NCBI RefSeq assembly: GCF_000195955.2
Contig: NC_000962.3
Location: forward strand, 3,600,001 to 3,632,000
From: Mycobacterium tuberculosis H37Rv
GTDB taxonomy: Bacteria > Actinomycetota > Actinomycetes > Mycobacteriales > Mycobacteriaceae
Direction: 5' to 3'
DNA: 32,000 nucleotides
The notes under the pieces were generated by a model. That model was not told where the DNA came from. It was given only the letters and a program-made list of their open reading frames with translations, and did no database searches. The translations under genes were made by a program, and so were the position numbers. Below are positions 1 through 8,873 of the stretch, one piece after another (positions within the stretch are counted from its first letter, which is position 1; each line of letters begins with the position of its first letter).

Positions 1-699
1 ACGGCCGCCAAGGAACTCGAGGAAGCCGGCGGCCAGGCACTGCCGATCGTCGGGGATATCCGCGACCCGGATGCGGTCGCGTCCGCGGTGGCCACCACCG
101 TGGAGCAGTTCGGGGGCATCGATATCTGCGTCAACAATGCCTCGGCGATCAACTTAGGGTCCATCACCGAGGTGCCAATGAAGCGTTTCGACCTGATGAA
201 CGGCATCCAGGTGCGTGGCACCTACGCAGTATCCCAAGCGTGCATTCCCCATATGAAAGGCCGTGAGAACCCGCACATCCTGACGCTGTCCCCGCCGATC
301 CTGCTGGAGAAGAAGTGGCTGCGGCCGACGGCCTACATGATGGCCAAGTACGGCATGACGCTGTGCGCGCTGGGAATCGCCGAGGAGATGCGCGCCGACG
401 GCATCGCGTCGAACACGTTGTGGCCACGCACGATGGTGGCCACCGCGGCGGTACAGAACCTGCTGGGCGGCGACGAGGCGATGGCGCGGTCCCGCAAGCC
501 CGAGGTATACGCCGACGCGGCCTACGTCATCGTCAACAAGCCCGCCACCGAATACACCGGCAAGACGCTGCTGTGCGAGGACGTGCTCGTCGAATCCGGC
601 GTCACCGACTTGTCGGTCTACGACTGCGTCCCAGGTGCGACGCTCGGCGTCGACCTGTGGGTGGAAGACGCCAACCCGCCGGGGTACCTCCCGGCCTAG
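1..699 (+). CDS. Short-chain dehydrogenase/reductase, 5'-truncated by the window edge (Rv3224-like)
   Basis: Frame 1 is open from base 1 to the stop at 697-699. SDR features include DICVNNAS, the YMMAKYGM active-site motif and a preceding SPP segment. The C-terminus matches the SDR/SCP2-associated family style. Confidence 0.93.
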   Translation, partial: TAAKELEEAGGQALPIVGDIRDPDAVASAVATTVEQFGGIDICVNNASAINLGSITEVPMKRFDLMNGIQVRGTYAVSQACIPHMKGRENPHILTLSPPILLEKKWLRPTAYMMAKYGMTLCALGIAEEMRADGIASNTLWPRTMVATAAVQNLLGGDEAMARSRKPEVYADAAYVIVNKPATEYTGKTLLCEDVLVESGVTDLSVYDCVPGATLGVDLWVEDANPPGYLPA

Positions 700-709
700 C
701 GACAGCAAA

Positions 710-1032
710 ACCCTGATCCTCGAGTTGCCCGACGAGCGGGCCGTCGCGATCGTGCCGGTGCCGTCGAAGTTGTCGCTGAAGGCGGCCGGCGGCCCTAGGG
801 GTGCCCAAAGCGGCCATGGCTAAACCCGCTGCCGCCGAACAAGCCACCGGCTACGTGGTCGGCGGCATCTCCCCGTTCGGTCAGCGCAAGCGGCTGCGGA
901 CCGTGGTCGATGTGTCGGCCTTGAGCTGGGACCGGGTACTGCGGTGCCGGCAAACGGCATTGGGCCGTCACGGTGGCCCCGCCGGACCTGATCACCTTGA
1001 TCAGCGCGATCATCGCTAACATCCGGGCCTAG
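710..1032 (+). pseudogene. Degenerate YbaK/EbsC-type aminoacyl-tRNA (Cys-tRNAPro) deacylase, N-terminally truncated and frameshifted (covers the Rv3224A/Rv3224B small ORFs)
   Basis: Three reading frames in succession give one YbaK-like protein: KTLILELPDERAVAIVPVPSKLSLKAAGG (frame 2), LGVPKAAMAKPAAAEQATGYVVGGISPFGQRKRLRTVVDVSALSWDRVL (frame 3), then AGKRHWAVTVAPPDLITLISAIIANIRA-stop (frame 1, stop 1030-1032). Confidence 0.85.
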
Positions 1033-2440
1033 CGCCGTACCGGAAATCGGCGAGGACTTCACCGATGGCGTAGCGCGCGCTGGCCGCCAGCGGCGGGTTG
1101 GTGTCTTGGTAGTACGGGAGCGCGATCAAGGCGATGGCCAGAGCTCTGCCGCGCCCGCGCATCCAGTCGTCGTCGGCGGCGCCGACCGCGACGCGGAACT
1201 GAGCACGGGCGGGCGCCGACAGGAGGTTCCACGCGATGATCAAGTCGACGCTGGGGTCACCGACGCCCATCAGACCGAAGTCAATGACGCCCGTCAAGCG
1301 TCCTTGCGCTGTCAGGATGTTGAACCGGGACAGGTCACCGTGGAACCACATCGGCGGCCCCGCATACGGAGGAACGCGTAGGGCTGATTCCCACGCGGCA
1401 GTTGCCGCGTGGACGTCGATGATCCCGTCGAGGGCCGCCAGCGCTGCGCGTACCTCGGCATCCTGCTCCCCCAGCGGCGCACCCCGCTTGGCGGGCGGCC
1501 CGCCCATGGGGTCGGTGGCCCGTAAGGCGGTGATGAAGTCAGCCAGGTCCTCGACGGCCCGATTGGGCTCGACGAACTCGGCTGCCGACGGGTTCTCACC
1601 CGCAACCCAGCGGCACACTGACCACGGCCAACCGAACCCCTCAGCCGGGCTCCCCAACCCCACCGGAACTGGGCTGGCAACGCCTAGATGCGCAGCGATC
1701 CGCGGCAGCCACTGTTGCTCGGTCCGAAGGCTCTCGATGGCCCAGCCAATGCGCGGGATGCGCACGGCCAGGTCCTCGCCTAGCCGGTACATTGCGTTGT
1801 CCGTGCCCGCCGAGCGCACCGGTGCAATGGGTAGATCCGCCCACTGTGGGAATTGTGCACGCAGCAGACGCCGCACCAGATCCTCGTCGATATCCACCTC
1901 ATCGGCGTGCATCTTTGCCCTTAGGACACGTTCGTACCGGTCGAAGACGGTTCCGTCCTGCTCACAGATCCGCCGCACGAAAGCAAAGCCCGCCCGCAAC
2001 GCCACCCTCGCCGATGCGGAGTTCTCCGGCTCCACCTTGATCACCGCTTCGGTCGCGCCGTGTTCGGCCGCATACTGGCACACCAGATCGACTGCGCGAG
2101 TGGCGAGTCCACGCCCTCGCCAGCTGGGGTAGAGCCCATAGGCAACGTTGACCTGCCCGCTAGCCAGCCCCTCGCCGTCGAAACGCAGATCAATCGTACC
2201 CACTATTGTTTCGGCAACCGTCCTGATGCCGAAAGAGCGCAGCGGCCCGCCGGTCACCCATTGCTCGCGGCAGTGCCGGATGTACGCTTCGACGCTTGCT
2301 CGAGTCGAGGGCATACCGCTAAGCCAACGCACTAGCCGTTCGTCCCCCCCAGCCAGATGCGCATCGACATCGTCCAGGCACAGTGGCGATAGAGTGACGA
2401 TCCCGTCTGATAGCCCGTCGGACAGCTTCGCAAAGCGCAC
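1016..2440 (-). CDS. Two-domain protein: N-terminal GNAT acetyltransferase (RimJ/RimL-like) plus C-terminal aminoglycoside phosphotransferase-like kinase (Rv3225c-like)
   Basis: 474-aa ORF. The N-terminal half has GNAT-type VAYGLYPSWRGRGLATRAV and ENSASARVALRAGF. The C-terminal half has the APH catalytic loop HGDLSRFNIL and metal site GVIDFGLMGVGDPSVDL. Confidence 0.92.
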   Translation of the reverse strand: MRFAKLSDGLSDGIVTLSPLCLDDVDAHLAGGDERLVRWLSGMPSTRASVEAYIRHCREQWVTGGPLRSFGIRTVAETIVGTIDLRFDGEGLASGQVNVAYGLYPSWRGRGLATRAVDLVCQYAAEHGATEAVIKVEPENSASARVALRAGFAFVRRICEQDGTVFDRYERVLRAKMHADEVDIDEDLVRRLLRAQFPQWADLPIAPVRSAGTDNAMYRLGEDLAVRIPRIGWAIESLRTEQQWLPRIAAHLGVASPVPVGLGSPAEGFGWPWSVCRWVAGENPSAAEFVEPNRAVEDLADFITALRATDPMGGPPAKRGAPLGEQDAEVRAALAALDGIIDVHAATAAWESALRVPPYAGPPMWFHGDLSRFNILTAQGRLTGVIDFGLMGVGDPSVDLIIAWNLLSAPARAQFRVAVGAADDDWMRGRGRALAIALIALPYYQDTNPPLAASARYAIGEVLADFRYGARPGC

Positions 2441-2563
2441 CCCGCGATTGTCGGACTCACACTGGCTTCAGGCAAACCTGCCGCGAGCGCCCGGCGAGCG
2501 TAATGGCGCGGCAAGAAATCGCGCTTGGATTCGCCGCAGCGTCACACGCGTGGGCACAGACCC

Positions 2564-3322
2564 TCACAGCAGCTGGATCTGCTCGGGCTGCGACCTGGCC
2601 GGCTCCAACAGCTCAGGCCCGTTGTTGCGCACGTTGTTGACCAACGTGGACACTTGGCGCAGCGCGATGTCGCGCACATCCGGCGGGCGGGCCAGCAGCT
2701 CAGGATCCGGCGGGGCGTCTGGATTCAGCCAGTCGTCCCAGTCCTCTTCGGCCAGCAGCAGCGGCATCCGGTCATGGATCTCGGCCAGCTCGCCCACGGC
2801 ATCGGTGGTGATCACCGTGCAGCTCAGCAGCGGTGGGGCGGACCTGTAAGACTTCCAAACCGACCACAGCCCGGCCGTGAACAACAGGGCGCCGTCGTGG
2901 CGGTGCAGGAAGAACGGCGTCTTGGCGTTCGGCCTCCCCGGGGTGGCGTCGGGGTCGACGCGCCATTCGTACCAGCCGTCCATCGGCACCAGGCAACGCT
3001 TACTTCTGACCGCACTCCGGAACGCCGGCGACGTGGCGACCTTATCGGCGCGGGCGTTGATCAGCGGTGGGCCTTTGGCATCGGGTGCGCCGCCGGGCCC
3101 GGCCTTGATCCACGACGGAATCAGTCCCCAGCGCATGAGCCGCACCCGGCGGGTGGGCTCGTCGTCGGGCTCGCTGTGGCGGGACACCACTGTCGCGATC
3201 GTGTCGGTGGGTGCCACGTTGTAGCTCGTCTTCCCGCCACCGCACCCGGTGGCCTCGTCTATGGCCGTGATTTTCTCGGCCAGCTGGGCCGGATCAGTGG
3301 TGACCGCAAACCGTCCGCACAT
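2564..3322 (-). CDS. SRAP-domain (YedK/HMCES family) abasic-site DNA-protein crosslink protein (Rv3226c-like)
   Basis: Start trimmed to the ATG at 3320-3322 so that the catalytic Cys is residue 2 (MCGRF). SRAP hallmarks [16 protein letters not shown] and IHDRMP are present. Confidence 0.94.
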   Translation of the reverse strand: MCGRFAVTTDPAQLAEKITAIDEATGCGGGKTSYNVAPTDTIATVVSRHSEPDDEPTRRVRLMRWGLIPSWIKAGPGGAPDAKGPPLINARADKVATSPAFRSAVRSKRCLVPMDGWYEWRVDPDATPGRPNAKTPFFLHRHDGALLFTAGLWSVWKSYRSAPPLLSCTVITTDAVGELAEIHDRMPLLLAEEDWDDWLNPDAPPDPELLARPPDVRDIALRQVSTLVNNVRNNGPELLEPARSQPEQIQLL

Positions 3323-3376
3323 GCTTCCTATGGTGCCTGGTACCCACGACACCCGCCGACACGGCAGGATGAAGCG

Positions 3377-4729
3377 GTGAAGACATGGCCAGCCCCAACG
3401 GCGCCGACGCCGGTGCGCGCTACCGTGACCGTTCCAGGCTCGAAGTCGCAGACCAACCGGGCGCTGGTGCTAGCGGCGCTGGCGGCCGCACAAGGCCGGG
3501 GCGCATCGACCATCTCCGGCGCGCTGCGCAGCCGCGACACCGAACTGATGCTGGACGCGCTGCAGACCCTGGGCCTGCGCGTCGACGGTGTGGGTTCGGA
3601 ACTGACGGTCAGCGGCCGAATCGAACCGGGGCCCGGCGCTCGGGTGGACTGTGGCTTGGCGGGCACGGTGTTGCGGTTTGTTCCGCCGCTGGCGGCGCTG
3701 GGCTCCGTCCCGGTCACCTTCGACGGCGATCAGCAAGCCCGGGGACGGCCCATCGCACCGCTGCTGGATGCGCTGCGCGAGCTCGGCGTCGCCGTCGACG
3801 GCACCGGTCTACCGTTTCGGGTTCGCGGCAACGGGTCGCTCGCCGGCGGCACCGTGGCCATCGACGCGTCGGCGTCCTCACAGTTCGTGTCCGGGCTGCT
3901 GCTGTCCGCGGCATCGTTCACCGATGGCCTGACCGTCCAACACACCGGTTCGTCGCTGCCGTCTGCGCCGCACATCGCGATGACGGCGGCGATGCTGCGG
4001 CAAGCCGGAGTCGACATCGACGACTCGACACCGAACCGTTGGCAGGTGCGCCCCGGTCCGGTGGCGGCGCGGCGCTGGGACATCGAACCGGACCTGACCA
4101 ACGCGGTGGCTTTCCTGTCAGCGGCCGTGGTCAGCGGCGGCACCGTGCGCATCACCGGCTGGCCTAGAGTCAGCGTGCAACCCGCCGACCACATCTTGGC
4201 AATTTTGCGGCAGCTCAATGCCGTTGTCATTCATGCTGATTCATCCCTCGAGGTGCGCGGTCCAACGGGATACGACGGGTTTGACGTCGACTTGCGCGCC
4301 GTCGGCGAGCTGACGCCATCGGTCGCGGCGCTGGCGGCGCTGGCATCCCCGGGATCGGTGTCCAGACTAAGCGGCATTGCCCATCTGCGGGGCCACGAAA
4401 CCGACCGGCTCGCCGCGCTGAGCACCGAGATCAACCGGTTGGGGGGCACCTGCCGGGAAACACCCGACGGTCTGGTGATCACCGCGACGCCGTTGCGGCC
4501 CGGCATCTGGCGGGCATACGCGGACCATCGAATGGCGATGGCCGGCGCGATCATTGGGCTGCGGGTGGCCGGAGTCGAGGTCGACGACATCGCCGCCACC
4601 ACCAAGACGCTGCCGGAGTTTCCGCGGCTGTGGGCCGAGATGGTCGGACCCGGCCAGGGGTGGGGGTACCCCCAGCCGCGCAGCGGCCAGCGGGCGAGGC
4701 GGGCAACCGGGCAGGGGTCCGGCGGTTGA
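3377..4729 (+). CDS. aroA: 3-phosphoshikimate 1-carboxyvinyltransferase (EPSP synthase)
   Basis: GTG start at 3377. Hallmarks are [34 protein letters not shown] and [14 protein letters not shown]. The longer ORF from 2525 is an antisense read-through of Rv3226c. Confidence 0.95.
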
Positions 4730-5718
4730 GGCCCGGCGACTACGACGAGTCCGACGTCAAGGTGCGCTCCGGCAGGAGTTCGCGGCCGCGGACCAAGACC
4801 CGTCCCGAGCACGCCGACGCGGAGGCCGCCATGGTGGTCAGCGTCGACCGCGGCCGCTGGGGGTGTGTGCTGGGCGGCCGCCCCGATCGCCGAATCACGG
4901 CGATGCGCGCCCGCGAGCTCGGCCGCACCCCGATCGTGGTCGGCGACGACGTGGACGTGGTCGGTGACCTGTCCGGGCGGCCCGACACCCTGGCCCGCAT
5001 CGTGCGGCGAGCACCGCGACGAACCGTGTTGCGACGCACCGCCGATGACACCGACCCCACCGAGCGGGTGGTGGTCGCCAACGCCGACCAACTGCTGATC
5101 GTGGTCGCGCTGGCAGACCCGCCGCCACGCACCGGCCTGGTCGACCGGGCGCTGATCGCCGCCTACGCCGGCGGGCTGACCCCGATTCTCTGCCTGACCA
5201 AGACCGACCTCGCCCCGGCGGAACCGTTCGGCAAGCAGTTCGCCGACCTGGAATTGACCGTAACCGCCGCAGGCGTCGATGATCCTCTGCTCGCGGTGGC
5301 GGACCTGCTGGCCGGCAAGATCACCGTCCTGCTCGGGCATTCCGGGGTCGGCAAGTCGACATTGGTGAATCGTCTTGTACCCGAAGCTGATCGGGCGGTT
5401 GGTGAGGTCACCGAGATCGGCCGGGGACGGCACACGTCGACTCGGTCGGTGGCGCTGCCGTTGGGAGATACGCTGTCCGGTTCCGGCTGGGTGATTGACA
5501 CCCCAGGAATCCGCTCATTCGGGTTGGCTCATATCCAGCCCGACAACGTGCTATTGGCTTTCTCTGACCTCGCCGAGGCAACCCGCGAGTGTCCGCGCGG
5601 GTGCGGGCACATGGGACCGCCGGCCGATCCCGAATGCGCGTTGGATACCTTGTCCGGGCCCGCTGCCCGCCGCGCCGCGGCCGCCCGGCGACTACTGGCA
5701 GTGCTCAGCCAGACTTGA
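4726..5718 (+). CDS. rsgA: Ribosome small-subunit-dependent GTPase A (circularly permuted GTPase)
   Basis: TTG start at 4726 overlaps the aroA stop (TTGA). Permuted G motifs run in the order [16 protein letters not shown], followed by a C-terminal Cys/His zinc knuckle [16 protein letters not shown]. Confidence 0.92.
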
Positions 5719-5750
5719 CTAGCCGCATGCTCGTCGCGCGCCGAGCAATC

Positions 5751-7034
5751 TTAGGCTGCCAGATCGTCGGGTTCGGTGACCGACTTAGCCATACGCTTGC
5801 TGCGCCGCCGACCCCGCACGGCGGCAATCGCGGTCTTTAACCCCCGACGACGTCCGGTCACCGGATCGGCGCCCGCGAAACCCGGCCCCAGACCAGCGAA
5901 CATCCGCTCACTGCGGGTCTCGGGTGCATCGTCAGCGTTGTCACGTAAGTACTTATCCGGCAACGACAGCTTGGCAAGGGTGCGCCAGGTCTTGCCGTAC
6001 TGCACCAAGAACGAGCCCGTGGTGTATGGCAAGTCGTATCTGTCGCAGACCTCACGCACCCGCACCGAAATCTCGTGAAGCCGGTTGCTCGGCAGGTCCG
6101 GATAGAGGTGATGCTCGATTTGGTGGCACAGATTGCCGCTCATGAACCGCAGCGCCGGCCCAGCGTTGAAGTTTGCGCTGCCCAGCATCTGCCGTAGGTA
6201 CCACTGGCCCTTCGGCTCACCGATCATGTCCGTCTTGGTGAATTTCTCTGCGCCATCCGGGAAATGGCCGCAGAAGATCACCGCGTTGGACCACACGTTG
6301 CGGATCACGTTGGCCACCACGTTGGCGGTCAAAGTGGACCGATACGTCGCCCCCGGGGACAACGAGGTCAGCGCCGGGAACGCGACATAGTCCTTGAACA
6401 CCTGGCGGCCCGCTTTGGCTGAGAATTCACGCAACCGGGTTTTAGCGGCCTCGCGGTCGGCCCGACCCTTGAAGATCTTGCCGATCTCCAAGTGCTGCAG
6501 CGCAACTCCCCACTCGAAGCCGATCGCAAGGATGGTGTTCCACACCACGTTGAAGATGTTGTAGCGCTTCCAGCGCTGGTCACGGGTGACGCGCAGCATG
6601 CCGTATCCGACGTCGTCATCCATACCGAGGATGTTGGTGTATTTGTGGTGCACGAAGTTGTGGGTGTAGCGCCAGTGCTTGGACGATCCGCTCATGTCCC
6701 ACTCCCACGTCGAGGAGTGAATCTCCGGGTCGTTCATCCAGTCCCACTGGCCGTGCATGACGTTGTGGCCGATCTCCATGTTTTCGATGATCTTGGCCAC
6801 GCCAAGGGTCAGGGCACCTGTCCACCAGGCGAGGCGTCGTGAGCTGCCAGCCAGCAGTAGCCGACCGGACACCTCGAGCGCCCGCTGTGCGGCGATGGTG
6901 CGGCGGATGTAGCGGGCATCGCGTTCGCCGCGCGATTCTTCAACGTCTCGGCGGATGGCATCTAGCTCGGCGGCCAGGTTTTCAATGTCGGCGTCCGTCA
7001 GATGCGCGAATACGTCGACGTCAGTGATCGCCAT
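5751..7034 (-). CDS. desA3: Membrane stearoyl-CoA delta-9 desaturase
   Basis: 427 aa with fatty-acid desaturase histidine boxes (GHNVMHGQW, HNFVHHKYTN, HQIEHHLYPD). It lies directly downstream of its ferredoxin-reductase partner. Confidence 0.95.
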   Translation of the reverse strand: MAITDVDVFAHLTDADIENLAAELDAIRRDVEESRGERDARYIRRTIAAQRALEVSGRLLLAGSSRRLAWWTGALTLGVAKIIENMEIGHNVMHGQWDWMNDPEIHSSTWEWDMSGSSKHWRYTHNFVHHKYTNILGMDDDVGYGMLRVTRDQRWKRYNIFNVVWNTILAIGFEWGVALQHLEIGKIFKGRADREAAKTRLREFSAKAGRQVFKDYVAFPALTSLSPGATYRSTLTANVVANVIRNVWSNAVIFCGHFPDGAEKFTKTDMIGEPKGQWYLRQMLGSANFNAGPALRFMSGNLCHQIEHHLYPDLPSNRLHEISVRVREVCDRYDLPYTTGSFLVQYGKTWRTLAKLSLPDKYLRDNADDAPETRSERMFAGLGPGFAGADPVTGRRRGLKTAIAAVRGRRRSKRMAKSVTEPDDLAA

Positions 7035-7063
7035 CGTCTTCTCCCTGCGTCATACGGCCGATG

Positions 7064-7096
7064 ACCTACGCTATCGTAACTTACGATTCCGTAGGT
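7064..7096. promoter_or_regulatory. 33-bp composite palindrome, candidate operator upstream of desA3
   Basis: ACCTACG-ct-ATCGTAA-C-TTACGAT-tc-CGTAGGT. Both inner 7-bp and both outer 7-bp arms are perfect and share one centre (7080). It is 30 bp upstream of the desA3 start codon. Confidence 0.75.
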
Positions 7097-7111
7097 TACC
7101 TATGAGTAACA

Positions 7112-8254
7112 CTAGATGTCCAGCACGCAATCACCCGAGGCGGCCGACACGCAGGTCTGGACCCGGGTTCCGGGCTCATGCCGCTGGCCCGTGCGCAGAT
7201 CCCGAACATGGCCTTCCACCAGGTCGACCACACACGACTGGCAGATGCCCATCCGGCAGCCGAAGGGTAGCTGCACGCCGGCGCCCTCACCGGCGTCCAT
7301 CAACGACGTGGCAGCATCGGCGGCTACGCTCTTGCCACTTCGGGCGAACGTGACGGTCCCGCCCGCTCCAGCGGGCGCCGTTTTGGACACTGCGAACCGC
7401 TCCAGGTGCAGTCGGTCGCTGGCACCCGCCGATGACCAGACCTTGTCGGCCTGGTTGAGCACGCCCTCCGGCCCGCACGCCCAGGTCTGGCGTTCACGCC
7501 AGTCCGGCACCTGCTGACCGATCCGGGTCAGGTCCAGCCGGCCCTGGGCGCGCGTCTCGCGCACCGACAACCGATAACCGGGATGGTCGGCCGCCAGGGC
7601 AGCCAGCTCGGCACCGAACATCACGTCAGCTGCGGTGGGCGCCGAATGCAGGTGCACTACGTCGGTGATTTGGTTGCGGCGCACCAACGTTCGAAGCATC
7701 GACATTACCGGCGTAATCCCCGACCCGGCAGTCAAAAACAGAATCAACGGGGGCGCCGGATCCGGTAATACGAAATTGCCCTGGGGCGCAGCCAGCCGCA
7801 CAATGGTCCCTGGCTTTACCCCGGCCACCAAGTGGGTGGACAGGAAGCCCTCGGGCATCGCCTTCACCGTGACGGTCACCATGCGCGCGGACCCGGATGC
7901 CGCCGGACTCGACGTCAGCGAATACGACCGCCAGCGCCAGCGCCCGTCGACCAGCAGCCCGATCCCGATGTATTGGCCCGGCTGGTAGTCGAAACTGAAG
8001 CCCCAGCCCGGTTTGATGAACAGGGTCGCGGAGTCTTCCGTCTCTCGGCGGACCCCTAGGATGCGCCCCCGCAATTCCCGCGCGGACCACAGCGGATTTG
8101 CCAGGTGAAGGTAGTCGTCGGGCAACAATGGCGTCGTGATGCGCGCGGCAATCTTGCGCAGCGCATGCCAGCCCGGATGCCGGTCGGCTCCGGCGACGGT
8201 GGGGCGCCTGGTGTCGATGATGCTGGCGTTAAGCGTCGTGTGTTTCTTGCTCAT
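7112..8254 (-). CDS. FNR-family oxidoreductase with C-terminal [2Fe-2S] ferredoxin domain; electron-transfer partner of DesA3 (Rv3230c-like)
   Basis: 380 aa with FAD-binding [15 protein letters not shown]-binding [17 protein letters not shown] and a ferredoxin cluster [16 protein letters not shown]...[11 protein letters not shown]. Confidence 0.94.
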
Positions 8255-8291
8255 AGGAAGCTCCTGCTCGGCCTTAGCTTCCGCCCAACAA

Positions 8292-8324
8292 AGCTACGGT
8301 ACCGTAACCTACGGTTCCGTATCT
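8292..8324. promoter_or_regulatory. Second copy of the 33-bp composite palindrome, upstream of the DesA3 reductase gene
   Basis: AGCTACG-gt-ACCGTAA-C-CTACGGT-tc-CGTATCT. It matches the 7064-7096 copy at 26 of 33 positions and has the same TACGN4CGTA-N3-TACGN4CGTA layout. Confidence 0.72.
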
Positions 8325-8363
8325 AGGCCCGGACGCGCAGACTGCGTCACACCCACGGCATCG

Positions 8364-8873
8364 TCAGAGCAGGTCCAGCAGAAATGGCAGCTCTTGGTTG
8401 GCGTACCAGGCGAGATCGTGGTCCTGGGCGTCACCGACCACCAGCTCAGCGTCCTCGTCGCCCAGGTCAGCGGCATCGATGACCGCAATCGCCGCCATCA
8501 CGGCCGGCTCAGCGCCGGCATTGTCGACATATGCGGCGACAACCTGATCGATCGTGATTGGCCCCGCCAGCCTGACGACCGCGTCATCAAGATCGGGACG
8601 GTACGTGGCATCGTCGACCTCGGCGGCCAGCACCGCGCGTCTGGGCGGCAGGGCGTCTGCGGTGGCGCCGATGTCCGCCGCTAGCAGACGCAACGACGCC
8701 AACGCCGCTTCGCGCAGCGCCACCTCGGCAAGCTCCTCGTCGTCACCCTCGGCGTACGACTCACGCAACGTCGGCGTCACTGCAAAAGCAGTGCCGTTGA
8801 CCGGCCACAACGCGCCATCGGCAACGAGTCGCTGCAACATGGCCAGGGTGGCCGGGATGTAGACCTGCGTCAC
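8364..8873 (-). CDS. Conserved actinobacterial protein (DUF6912-like, Rv3231c-like)
   Basis: 169-aa ORF that overlaps the upstream ppk2 stop by 4 nt (8870-8873), so it is probably translationally coupled. Confidence 0.85.
   Translation of the reverse strand: MTQVYIPATLAMLQRLVADGALWPVNGTAFAVTPTLRESYAEGDDEELAEVALREAALASLRLLAADIGATADALPPRRAVLAAEVDDATYRPDLDDAVVRLAGPITIDQVVAAYVDNAGAEPAVMAAIAVIDAADLGDEDAELVVGDAQDHDLAWYANQELPFLLDLL

Noticed and set aside
1236-3015. Plus- and minus-strand ORFs of 60-300 aa overlapping the GNAT-APH and SRAP genes (e.g. 1236..2132, 2148..2849)
   Set aside because: Shadow ORFs caused by GC3 bias. They cover the same bases as genes with clear catalytic motifs.
2525-3376. 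N-terminal extension of the 734-aa forward ORF upstream of aroA
   Set aside because: It is an antisense read-through of the well-supported SRAP gene. EPSP synthase homology begins after the GTG at 3377.
4231-5433. 400-aa minus-strand ORF opposite aroA/rsgA
   Set aside because: No recognisable domain, and low-complexity composition typical of antisense frames in high-GC genomes. Both sense genes have clear motifs.
5728-5747. Possible hairpin TGCTCG-tcgcgcgc-CGAGCA between convergent rsgA and desA3
   Set aside because: Only a 6-bp stem with an 8-nt loop and no T-tract. It is plausible for a convergent gap but too weak to call a terminator.
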